Source of the DNA: an archaeon
GTDB taxonomy: Archaea > Nanobdellota > Nanobdellia > Pacearchaeales > GW2011-AR1
Direction: 5' to 3'
Length of the DNA: 38,872 bases
NCBI GenBank assembly: GCA_027341315.1
Contig: DAIENA010000001.1
Span: 1 to 38,872 of the forward strand
The position numbers were made by a program, and so were the translations under genes. The notes beneath the pieces are model-generated. The model was not told where the DNA came from and ran no database searches. It saw only the letters and a program-made list of their open reading frames with translations. How positions within the stretch are numbered: the stretch's first letter is position 1; every line of letters begins with the position of its first letter. This document shows positions 27,661 to 36,486 of the stretch, in pieces.

Positions 27661-27709
27661 TATTATAAATCTCAATTAATTTTAAATATTCACCGATTCA
27701 ATTCTTTCC

Positions 27710-28531
27710 ATGAATAATTCAAAAAATCCGGTTAAGGAGACTCTAAAGAAGAGATATCCAAACATGAATGAATTTCTTTTTGAAACTTCATATTTTTTAT
27801 TGAAGCATATAATAAATGAAAAAGGGTTAAATGAAATTCTTTTGAAAAATGGAAAATTTTACGGGATTGATTTTGCAAATGCTATACTTAATTATCTAAA
27901 CATTAATTATAATCTGCATGGAAAAATTCCGGATGAAGGGAGGTATATATTCACTTCTAATCATCCATCAAATGGAATTGATGGAAATATACTTATGAGT
28001 GCGGTCGGAGGTAAAAACAAAAACATCAAATTTTTTGTCGCAGATTTTATTTCTGAATATGAAAATTATAAAGATATTTTTTTACCAACTGACTTTTCAG
28101 GAAAAAAAGGAAGAGAAAACACAAAAAAAGTCATAAATGCCTTAGAATCAAATTCACAAATTATAATATTTCCTGCCGGAGATATTTCAGTAAAAATTAA
28201 AGATAAAATAAGAGACATTCCTTGAAATTCAAGTGTAGTGAATTGGTCCAAAAAGTATGAACGGGATATTGTCCCAGTTTATTTTAATGGGAAAAATTCA
28301 AATTTATTTTACTTAGTTTCAAGGCTGAGACTGTTTTTTAAAATAAAAGGAAATCTTGAAAAACTATTTATGGTCAGAGAAATAACATCTCAGCGTGGAA
28401 AAACATTTGATATTGTTTTTGGAGAACCTATTCCTTATCAAAATTTTACAAATGAAAAAACTTCAAAAGAATGGGCTGACCAAATTTATAATAAAGTTTA
28501 TTCGCTTGAGGAAAAATTAATAAGAATATAA
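27710..28531 (+). pseudogene. PlsC/LPLAT-superfamily acyltransferase interrupted by in-frame TGA (28223-28225)
   Basis: NHPSNGIDG (HX4D-type), IIIFPAG, then RDIP*NSSVV...IVPVYFNGKNS.LFY...GEPI in the same frame; the two track ORFs join to 273 codons. Confidence 0.8.
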
Positions 28532-28563
28532 GAATTTTTAAACCCCTTCGTCGTTAATTTTGG

Positions 28564-29421
28564 ATGTCACTAAAATCGTTTTGGAAAAGTTCGTCGGCAA
28601 ATAAGCTAATCGTCGTCGTGGCTTTAATCTGGGCCGCTTTGGCGGTTGTTTTTGGAATTTACGATTTGGAAATTTCAAAATTCCTTTTCAATGCGTCGAA
28701 CCCCGTCGGAAAATTAGTCGGGGCGTTCGGTGAAATTCCCGGAATACTTTTCGGGTTATTTGCCTTGTTCACGTTTTGGGCAGGCTCAAATTTTAAAAGT
28801 AAAAGCAATAGAGCATTTGTTTTCCTTGGAGAAGTTGTCGTTTCGACTTTTTTGTTTTATTACATTTTAAAATTGATTTTTAATTATACAAATTTTGATT
28901 TTAAATTTAATTCTCTTTTAGGAATTACCCTGGGATTTGGATTAGTTTTACTCTCTTTAATCTGCCTGTACACATTTAAATTAAAATATGCAAAATTTTC
29001 CAAAAAAAATTATTTATTTGCAAAGTTGAGTGTAATTCTTTTTGTCGTTGCCGGCGCAATTGTTGAAATCTTAAAAGTTCTCTGGGGAAGAATGCGTTAT
29101 GAAGACGTCGTTCTTGGCGTCGGAAAATTTACCGCCTGGTATTTGCCGCAGGGAATCACCGGAAACTCTTCTTTTCCGTCGGGACACGCCTACCTTGGGT
29201 GGATTTTAATTCCGTTATTTTTAATATTCTTAAATAAAAACAAAATTTGGAAATGGATTTTGATAATTTTGACTTCAATTTTCGGGTTGTTTATTTCCTT
29301 GGAAAGAATTGTCACCGGAGCGCATTACGCTTCGGACGTTTTATTTTCCGGAGGAATTGTAATTATATTATTTTTAATTTTATACCATAAATATTTTTTG
29401 AAGAGTTCCGGGAAGAAATGA
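28564..29421 (+). CDS. PAP2-family membrane phosphatase
   Basis: K..WGRMR, SFPSGH, ERI..GAHYASDV; multiple TM helices. Confidence 0.9.
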   Translation: MSLKSFWKSSSANKLIVVVALIWAALAVVFGIYDLEISKFLFNASNPVGKLVGAFGEIPGILFGLFALFTFWAGSNFKSKSNRAFVFLGEVVVSTFLFYYILKLIFNYTNFDFKFNSLLGITLGFGLVLLSLICLYTFKLKYAKFSKKNYLFAKLSVILFVVAGAIVEILKVLWGRMRYEDVVLGVGKFTAWYLPQGITGNSSFPSGHAYLGWILIPLFLIFLNKNKIWKWILIILTSIFGLFISLERIVTGAHYASDVLFSGGIVIILFLILYHKYFLKSSGKK

Positions 29422-29461
29422 GAATCACAAGTTTTATAAATAAAGTTTTTGATTTTAAAAT

Positions 29462-29725
29462 ATGGAAGTTAAAGTTTTAAGAAAAGAAAAAAACGAAATT
29501 GAAATTGAGTTTGACGATTTGACATTTCCTGAAATTTTAAGGGTTTACTTGAATAAAGATTCTGCTGTGACTTTTGCAGCCTGGAAGAAGGAACACTCAA
29601 CGTTGAATCCGGTTCTCCTTGTTAAAACGAAAGGAAAAGAAGCTAAAGCGGCCGTTGACAAGGCAATTCAGGAAATTACAAAAGACCTTGAGAAAGTTGA
29701 AGAAGACTTTAAGAAATTGAAATAA
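29462..29725 (+). CDS. rpoL: RNA polymerase subunit Rpo11 (L)
   Basis: MEVKVL...NEIEIE, T...ILR.YL, V.FAAW..EH, P.L.VKT, terminal helix; typical size. Confidence 0.85.
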   Translation: MEVKVLRKEKNEIEIEFDDLTFPEILRVYLNKDSAVTFAAWKKEHSTLNPVLLVKTKGKEAKAAVDKAIQEITKDLEKVEEDFKKLK

Positions 29726-29798
29726 ATCTAGTTTTGTAATCTATAAAAATTGGCTGCATAATATAAATACTTATTAATCCAAAATTATTTTATTTTTA

Positions 29799-30533
29799 AT
29801 GGAAAATTCAGACGAAAGAATTTCGACCGGAAGTTTTGATTTGAATGATTGGCTCGGCGGCGGTTACGAAAAAGGAATCGTTACGATGATTGTCGGACCG
29901 CCAGGTTCGGGAAAGAGCAATATGTCGATTCTTGCGGCGTGTTCGCGGGCCCGCGATGAAAAAGTTATTTTCGTTGATACGGAAGGGGGTTTCTCCGTCG
30001 AGAGAGTTAAACAAATTGTCGGCGAAGAAAATTCCGAAAGAATTTTAAAAAATATTTTAATTTTAAACCCCACAAATTTCCAGGAACAAAAAAAACATTT
30101 TTCAAAACTTCTTGATAATGTAAAAAAAGAGGAAATTGGTTTAATTATTGTTGATTCAATTGCAATGCTTTACCGGCTCGAACTTGGCGACGCTGTTCAA
30201 AGTGACAACGAAGAAAAAATAAGAGAAGTCAACCGCGACGTTGCAAGACAGATGAGAACTTTGGTAGAAATTTCAAGGAAACAGAATATTCCTATTTTAA
30301 TAACCAACCAAGTTTATGCAAATTTTTTACCTTTTGATGAAATGCAGAAAGGAGCCGAAAAAGAAATGAATATCGTCGGAGGAGATTTGTTTAAATATTG
30401 GAGTAAGTGTATTATAGAATTAAAATCGGACCGGACAAGGAAAGCCGTTCTATTAAAACACCGAAGTCTTGACAAAAGGGATTTTAATTTCGAGATAAGA
30501 AACGAAGGCATTTTTAAACGCGGGCTTTTTTAA
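29799..30533 (+). CDS. radB: DNA repair and recombination protein RadB
   Basis: ISTGS..L..WLGGGYE, GPPGSGKS, FVDTEGGFS.ER, VDSI, ITNQVY, KHR basic patch; no RadA N-terminal domain. Confidence 0.93.
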   Translation: MENSDERISTGSFDLNDWLGGGYEKGIVTMIVGPPGSGKSNMSILAACSRARDEKVIFVDTEGGFSVERVKQIVGEENSERILKNILILNPTNFQEQKKHFSKLLDNVKKEEIGLIIVDSIAMLYRLELGDAVQSDNEEKIREVNRDVARQMRTLVEISRKQNIPILITNQVYANFLPFDEMQKGAEKEMNIVGGDLFKYWSKCIIELKSDRTRKAVLLKHRSLDKRDFNFEIRNEGIFKRGLF

Positions 30534-30539
30534 AAATTC

Positions 30540-30582
30540 TGGGGGAATAAACCCCAAACGAAGTTTTGTAAACAAAACTTCG
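30540..30582. repeat. tandem inverted repeats in the radB-nre intergenic region
   Basis: TGGGG-N7-CCCCA (30540-30556) and CGAAGTTTTGT-AA-ACAAAACTTCG (30559-30582). Confidence 0.8.
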
Positions 30583-30700
30583 GAGGCATTTTTAAGAAGG
30601 ATTATTTTAAAATTTTAAATAAATTTTCTGGATGGAATTGTTTTGTTGCCCCTCTCCAAAACTCATTAATAATTTTAAACCTCATTTCCCTTGAAAAATT

Positions 30701-31903
30701 ATGGAAGAGGTGAAATTTGGAATTGTAGAAAAATTGTCTAAATTAAATTTTAAAGTAAAAGATTTTTCAAATATTTCAAAATTCGAGGGCGCGAGTCCGC
30801 CAAGTGTTTTTATCGGCTCCGGTTTAAAGTATCCTCTTGTTAACGTCGGAATTCTTTCCCCCGTCGGAAAGGTCGAAGACGCAGAAATTTTTGACGCCCC
30901 GAAAAGCTGGGCAAAAGAAGATTTTTCAATCCGTGATATTTTGTCGTTAAGAGAAAATCTTCTAAATTCGAGATTTTCCTCCCAGGTTACGGATTCGAGA
31001 TTAAATAAAAAATTCACCCAAATTGCAAAAGAGATTGCAATTTCCGGAAAGTCCGTCGACGTCGAGATTGAGCTAAAATCGCGGATTAATTTTGGAAAAA
31101 ACACCGACAAAATTCTGACGCCAAACGGCATGAAAGCAGAATTAAAAAATGCAAGAGTCACTGAAAACATAAAAATTAATGAAAAAGTCGACCGAGCGAT
31201 GAACGATGAAATAAAAGCCGGAGAAGGAATAAGTTATCTTTATTCTTCCGGAATAAATGAGTATTCCCTTTCAAAAATTTTGTCTGTCGGAGTTCTCGGA
31301 TTAAAAAAAGATAAAAAGATGGTTCCGACAAGATGGAGTATAACCGCGACCGACGACATAATTTCAAAAGAAATTTTAAAAAAAGTCAAAGAATATAAAT
31401 GGATTGAAAATTATGAATTGTTGACCGGAGAATTTTTAGGAAATCAATATTTAATTTTACTTTTTCCAAATGTCTGGAGCTTCGAACTTTTCGAACTTTA
31501 TTATCCCGGCTCGAGTTGGAATCCTGGAACCGACCTTAAAGCCTCGACGGATTCGGAAGGTTACAACGGAAGAACAACTTATGCTTCTAACTGCGGCGGG
31601 GGATATTACGCAACGAGACTTCCTGTTCTTGAATATTTAAACTCAATAGGAAGGCAGGCGGGAGTTCTCGCAATCCGACTTGAAACTCCGAGTTATTGGG
31701 CCGCTCTTGGCGTGTGGGTTGTGAGAGAAAGCGTCCGAAAGTCTTTAACAAATTCGCTGAGTTTTTCGTCGCGTGAAGAATTAATTAAAAACTCAAAAGA
31801 AATTTCAATCCAAAAATTTAATTTTGATCCTGAAATAATTTACAAAAAAAGTAATCTATTAAGAATTTACGGGACACAAAAAAATTTAAGAGATTGGTTT
31901 TAA
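30701..31903 (+). CDS. nreA: Nre-family archaeal DNA repair protein
   Basis: G.SPPSVFIG...YP.V.VG, VPTRWSITATDD, GGYYA.RL.VLEYL...RQA, LGVWVVRE.VR, C-terminal PIP box QKNLRDWF. Confidence 0.9.
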   Translation: MEEVKFGIVEKLSKLNFKVKDFSNISKFEGASPPSVFIGSGLKYPLVNVGILSPVGKVEDAEIFDAPKSWAKEDFSIRDILSLRENLLNSRFSSQVTDSRLNKKFTQIAKEIAISGKSVDVEIELKSRINFGKNTDKILTPNGMKAELKNARVTENIKINEKVDRAMNDEIKAGEGISYLYSSGINEYSLSKILSVGVLGLKKDKKMVPTRWSITATDDIISKEILKKVKEYKWIENYELLTGEFLGNQYLILLFPNVWSFELFELYYPGSSWNPGTDLKASTDSEGYNGRTTYASNCGGGYYATRLPVLEYLNSIGRQAGVLAIRLETPSYWAALGVWVVRESVRKSLTNSLSFSSREELIKNSKEISIQKFNFDPEIIYKKSNLLRIYGTQKNLRDWF

Positions 31904-31964
31904 TTTTCCCCTAAAGAAACCTTTTTAACCTAAATAAACCTTTTTCAAGTAAAGGAGGTGAAAA

Positions 31965-32177
31965 ATGGGAGGTCATTTTGCAGACGGATTTTTGGCGCTT
32001 GTTGCGTTGGTATTCGCTCTTTTAGAATTTAGTTACTCAAATATTGTAGTAATTATAGCAGTAGCGTTGATTTTGATTCACGCACTCTCGCACGCATTAG
32101 GATTATGCAGGTGCGGTTGTGAATGCAATCACGAACCAATGAAAAACATGCCAAAGAAACCTATGAAGAAAAAATAG
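31965..32177 (+). CDS. small membrane protein with Cys-rich basic tail
   Basis: Strong SD GGAGGTGA just upstream; two TM helices, then H...H...CRCGCEC.H. Confidence 0.75.
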   Translation: MGGHFADGFLALVALVFALLEFSYSNIVVIIAVALILIHALSHALGLCRCGCECNHEPMKNMPKKPMKKK

Positions 32178-32207
32178 GTTTGTGTTTTATTTTTTATTTT
32201 GTTTTAA

Positions 32208-34649
32208 TTAATTAGTTTGAGACGAGTTTTCTTTTTCTTCCAATTTTTTTCTATATTCTTCAACCCTTTTTTTATTTGTTTCACATTCAGTATTAAAACA
32301 AAAAATCCATGGTTTTTTTCCCTTTTGCAATGCCATCAGCAACGGGAAACCACATTTTTCACAGTTTTTTCCGACTTGCTTAATCGTTCCGTACGGCGGA
32401 AGGGAATAAGTATTCTTACATTCAGGATAACCAGAACAGGATATGAAAAATTTTCTGTTTTTTGGAGAGTAAGTTATTCTTAAATGATTCTTTTTACATT
32501 TTGGACAGAGGTTGAGTTTATTTTCTTCTCTTTCTATTTTTCTCAGGCTTTCCTGCGCGTGGACAAGGTCATTTCCAATAAACTTTCCTTTTTCTTCAAA
32601 TTCTTTTGCAATTTCCACGATTTGTTCTTTTGCCTCGTCGAGGATTTTCTTTTCTTTTTCTTTTAAATCAGCGATTTCGACGTAATCATGCTCGACAATT
32701 TCGTCCATTTCATTCTGAAGTTTCCCGGTCAACTTTTCATCAATGATTATCGGCGAATAATTTTCCAAGGTTTTTATTAAGGACATTCCAATTGGTGTTG
32801 CTTCAATTGATTTTTCGCGAATATACCCTCTGTCATAAAGTGTTTCGATAATTGCGGCGCGCGTCGCCTTTGTTCCGAGATTTCTTTTTTCGAGTTCTGA
32901 AATTATCGAAGCGGGGGAGTATCTTCTTGGCGGCTGGGTGACTTTTTCGTCAACTCTTGTGTCTTTTATGATTTTCTCGCCATCAGCGTCGGGAATTTCA
33001 CTTTCGCTTGTTTTCACCGGATAAAATTCCATCCACGATTTTTTTCTAATGTGGTAACCCGAAGTTGAAAAAGTATAATCCTTAATTTTTCCGGAAATTC
33101 TTTTTCGATCTATCACCGCATCGTCACAAAAAAGAGCAAGAAATCTTTTTACAATTAAATCATAAATTTTCTCTTCGGCGCCGGATAAAATTTGTTTTGC
33201 CCCCGTCGGGTAAATTGAAGGATGGGCCGGGTCGGTTTTATTTCCTTCAACGGGTTTATCGCGCGTGATTAATTTTGAAACCTTATATCTTATTTTAAGA
33301 ATTTCCAGAATTGATTTGTAATCAATCGACGACGGAAGTTTTTGCGATGAAGTTCTTGGGTAAGAAATTAAACCCGCGAGATAAAGCGACTGCGCTGCTT
33401 TAAGAGAATTTGTCGGAGTAATTCCATAAAGTTTGTATGCTTCCGTTTGAAGGCTTGTTAAATCAAACGGAGGATTCGGCGGAACTCTTTGTTCTAACTT
33501 TTTTGTTTCAAGATTTATTTTTTTCCTGATTATTCCTTCAAAATTTTTTAATTCTTTTTTGTCAAAAAACTGTTTTGTACATTTTAATTCCAATTCAGGA
33601 TTGTCAATTGTTAAGAAAAATTCCCAATAAGGTTCCTGTTTAAAATTCATGATTTCTCTTTCTTTATCGACGATAAGTTTTAGCGCCGGTCCCTGAACTC
33701 TTCCGATTGACATAATCTTAAACTTCCCGGTTAATTTTATTGCATTCATAAGCGCACGCGAGAGGTTTATTCCGTAAAACCAATCAAGAAAATGTCTCGA
33801 TTCGCCCGCGACAGCCTGCCCCCAGTTAATTTTATTAGATTTTTCTTCATATGCTTTATTTAATTCAGCTGAGGTTAATGTTGAAAATTTCATTCTATTT
33901 GCATCGCTTTGATTGCATATCAATTTAACAACATTTTTTCCTATGACTTCTCCCTCGACGTCAAAATCCGTCGCGACGGTTATAGAGCCTGCATTTTTTG
34001 CGAGTTTGAGTAAAGTGTCGTAATATTTTTTTGTGAAGTCTCCTTTTTTTACAAGATAATTTGGCACCCATGAAATATCAAAAACCGGAATACCCGAACC
34101 GGGTGTGTTTTGCTTTAAAGTAAACAAATGACCGACGGCGCATGCGACAATTATTTTTTTTCCGTTTCGGTCGACTTCATAATAAGGGACTCCGCGAATA
34201 ATTTCTCTTTTTGTTGAGACGCCCAGAGCACTCGAAATTTTAAGCGCTGCCTGCGGTTTTTCCGTGATTATTAATTCATATCCGTTCGATTTTAAGAGTA
34301 TTTTTGGAATTTCATAAATTTCTTCTTTTATGGTTGTTGTTTTTTCCTTTTTTCCGACGGTTTTTTTTCTGGACTTTTGCGCCCTTGATTTTTTTCTTTT
34401 TTTTATGTTCCCTTCTTTTTCAATGACAATTAATTCTTCTCGCTCGGGTTTGTTTGAAATTTTTTCGACTACCATTGATTTTTCTATAACAGGGCTGTAT
34501 GACTTCACTTCTTTTTCTGTTGCACTTCTTAAAAATTCTTCACGCGAAGGCTCGGGCTTCACTTCTTTTTCGGTTGTTTTTTTCAGGTCCAGACCAGGTC
34601 TGAAAAAAGATTCCGTTGCGCTTTCTTCACGTGACTTTCGTTTCGCCAT
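32208..34649 (-). CDS. topA: DNA topoisomerase I (type IA)
   Basis: IITEKP, AVGHL, ATDFDVEGE, SIGRVQ, ISYPRT (catalytic Tyr), AHP.IYPT, LGTKATR, C-terminal zinc ribbons. Confidence 0.97.
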   Translation of the reverse strand: MAKRKSREESATESFFRPGLDLKKTTEKEVKPEPSREEFLRSATEKEVKSYSPVIEKSMVVEKISNKPEREELIVIEKEGNIKKRKKSRAQKSRKKTVGKKEKTTTIKEEIYEIPKILLKSNGYELIITEKPQAALKISSALGVSTKREIIRGVPYYEVDRNGKKIIVACAVGHLFTLKQNTPGSGIPVFDISWVPNYLVKKGDFTKKYYDTLLKLAKNAGSITVATDFDVEGEVIGKNVVKLICNQSDANRMKFSTLTSAELNKAYEEKSNKINWGQAVAGESRHFLDWFYGINLSRALMNAIKLTGKFKIMSIGRVQGPALKLIVDKEREIMNFKQEPYWEFFLTIDNPELELKCTKQFFDKKELKNFEGIIRKKINLETKKLEQRVPPNPPFDLTSLQTEAYKLYGITPTNSLKAAQSLYLAGLISYPRTSSQKLPSSIDYKSILEILKIRYKVSKLITRDKPVEGNKTDPAHPSIYPTGAKQILSGAEEKIYDLIVKRFLALFCDDAVIDRKRISGKIKDYTFSTSGYHIRKKSWMEFYPVKTSESEIPDADGEKIIKDTRVDEKVTQPPRRYSPASIISELEKRNLGTKATRAAIIETLYDRGYIREKSIEATPIGMSLIKTLENYSPIIIDEKLTGKLQNEMDEIVEHDYVEIADLKEKEKKILDEAKEQIVEIAKEFEEKGKFIGNDLVHAQESLRKIEREENKLNLCPKCKKNHLRITYSPKNRKFFISCSGYPECKNTYSLPPYGTIKQVGKNCEKCGFPLLMALQKGKKPWIFCFNTECETNKKRVEEYRKKLEEKENSSQTN

Positions 34650-34757
34650 GCAATTTTTATAAGGGTCTCTTTTATATAAGTTTTTGTTTTGAAAACAATA
34701 TGAATGAGGACGTTTTAGAAATCTTTAAAAGCGGGCGACGCCCTCTAATTTTATAAC

Positions 34758-34833
34758 AGCGAGGTAGAGCAGTCTGGAGTGCTCGTCGGGCCCATAACCC
34801 GGAGGTCGTGTGGTTCAAATCCCACCCTCGCTA
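34758..34833 (+). tRNA. initiator tRNA-Met(CAU), atypical
   Basis: A1:U72 acceptor AGCGAGG/CCTCGCT, GGG/CCC anticodon stem, CAT at 34793-34795, TTCAAAT loop; TATA-like TTTAAAA upstream. Confidence 0.9.
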
Positions 34834-34842
34834 TCTTTTAAA

Positions 34843-35244
34843 ATGCAAACATTTCTTCCGTATCCAAATTTTGAAAAATCGCTTCGGACTCTTGACAGCC
34901 GCAGGCTTGGAAAACAAAGGGTTGAAGCTTTTCAAATTCTGAATATAATTCTGAAGAGAACAAAAACAAAAGGATGGGTGAATCATCCCGCTGTCAAAAT
35001 GTGGAAAAATTATCCTAATGCCTTAAAAATTTATTTTAATTTTTCTCTTCGTGAATGGAAAAAAAGAGGTTACATTAACAACATGAAATCTGAAAGAGTT
35101 GCCGGAAAAATTGTTATGCCAAGATGGGTTGGAGACAAAAAATTCCACGCTTCACACAGGAGTAACCTCTTAAGAAAAAATGAAGAATATTATTCACGTT
35201 TTAAATGGAAGGAGTCAAAAAATCTCGATTACATCTGGCCTTGA
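34843..35244 (+). CDS. MSMEG_6728-like / pyrimidine-dimer DNA glycosylase (T4 endonuclease V-like) family protein
   Basis: MQTFLPY, LD.RRLGKQRVE..QIL, GW.NHPAVKMW, HASHRSNLLRK, YIWP; start moved to ATG 34843 after the tRNA. Confidence 0.85.
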   Translation: MQTFLPYPNFEKSLRTLDSRRLGKQRVEAFQILNIILKRTKTKGWVNHPAVKMWKNYPNALKIYFNFSLREWKKRGYINNMKSERVAGKIVMPRWVGDKKFHASHRSNLLRKNEEYYSRFKWKESKNLDYIWP

Positions 35245-35255
35245 GTAACTTTTAT

Positions 35256-35693
35256 TCACAATTTTTCTTCAAACTTTTCACGTTCTCTGTGAATCTTGAC
35301 GAGGACGTTAAAGTCTTCCTCGCTTATAGAACTTGAATTTAAATCGTTGCCGGCGACGGCGTTTCTCCACTTTTTGTAGTCACCCCGTTTAATTCCCTCG
35401 GCAAGTTTTTTTTCATTAAATTTGTAAAACCCGGAACCGTTCGTCGAATTAAAAGTTTTGTTTGTGAACTCTTTATTCATCTCTTTGAAAAAATCGAAAT
35501 TTTTACTTAGAGGTAAATTGTTGGTCTTAAGAAAATCCTCCGGATTATTTTTAATCATTTTGAATGTATCCGCGTGAGGCAAAAGACTTGAGTCCGCAAC
35601 GGGTATCGCGACGGCGCTTCCACCGATAAGAATCATCCCGAGAGCAATTGCAGAAAACAATTTTCTCTTTTTGGATCTTTTACTTTTTTTCAT
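35256..35693 (-). CDS. hypothetical exported/membrane-anchored protein
   Basis: Basic N-terminus followed by a hydrophobic helix (signal peptide-like). Confidence 0.75.
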   Translation of the reverse strand: MKKSKRSKKRKLFSAIALGMILIGGSAVAIPVADSSLLPHADTFKMIKNNPEDFLKTNNLPLSKNFDFFKEMNKEFTNKTFNSTNGSGFYKFNEKKLAEGIKRGDYKKWRNAVAGNDLNSSSISEEDFNVLVKIHREREKFEEKL

Positions 35694-35792
35694 TTTATCT
35701 AAGACCTTAAGAAAAATAATTGATTCCCTTTTAAAACAAAAGTGGAACTAAAATCCATATAGATATTTAAATAACAAAATATTGTTTTTATT

Positions 35793-36485
35793 ATGCTCGT
35801 GAATGTAATTGAAAGAGTCCTGTTTCCCAACACGTTTGGAATGGAATTGATTTATTCATTTGTAATTATTTTTTGTAGTCTCTTAATTTATTTTAGCACA
35901 AAAAAAATGTACGAAGTCAGTAAATACGAAGGGATAAAATATTTCAGAATATCTTTTATATTTTTTGCAATAGCTTATTTTTTTAAATCATTCATTAGTT
36001 TTTCGCTGGTGTTTTTTGGATTTCACGAAGCCATGGAATTTTTGTCGGTTCTTCTCGGAGTCGTGACGTTATTCTTGTTTATGTATGCGAGTACGATGGC
36101 GATATTTTATTTGTTGTACAGCGTCGTCTGGAAGCATGTTGAAAACAAGAAATTCATAATTCCCCTCGCTCACGTCCTTGTTTTAGTCATCTCGGCGGCG
36201 AGTATTTTGTACATGTCCGCGTGGGCTCTGATTGTAATACAAGTTGGGCTGTTTGGATTTATCGCAGTTTCAAATTATCTTTCATACAATAAACTTAACA
36301 GAAAGAAAAAATCCGGTTCCATTCATGTGATTTATTTTTTCCTGTTTATATTCTGGATGTTAAACCTGTCGGACATTTTGGTTTCCGGGTTTGACCCTAT
36401 TTTTGAAATTTTAGTTTCTTTTGTTTCAATAGGAATATTTCTAACAATTCTCTACAAAGTTACAAAAAACGTGGGACTAAACTAA
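35793..36485 (+). CDS. ~7-TM membrane protein (possible sensor)
   Basis: About seven hydrophobic segments; TAAaATG coupled to the downstream wHTH gene. Confidence 0.8.
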   Translation: MLVNVIERVLFPNTFGMELIYSFVIIFCSLLIYFSTKKMYEVSKYEGIKYFRISFIFFAIAYFFKSFISFSLVFFGFHEAMEFLSVLLGVVTLFLFMYASTMAIFYLLYSVVWKHVENKKFIIPLAHVLVLVISAASILYMSAWALIVIQVGLFGFIAVSNYLSYNKLNRKKKSGSIHVIYFFLFIFWMLNLSDILVSGFDPIFEILVSFVSIGIFLTILYKVTKNVGLN

Positions 36486-36486
36486 A

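Noticed and set aside
28223..28225. Genome-wide TGA recoding (Trp/Gly/Sec)
   Set aside because: Long core genes have no in-frame TGA and use TGG for Trp; TGA ends ORFs at plausible termini (15473, 29421, 35244, 35256).
34733..34743. Palindrome GGGCG-A-CGCCC between the TATA box and tRNA-iMet
   Set aside because: Only 5-bp arms and a single occurrence; insufficient to call an operator.
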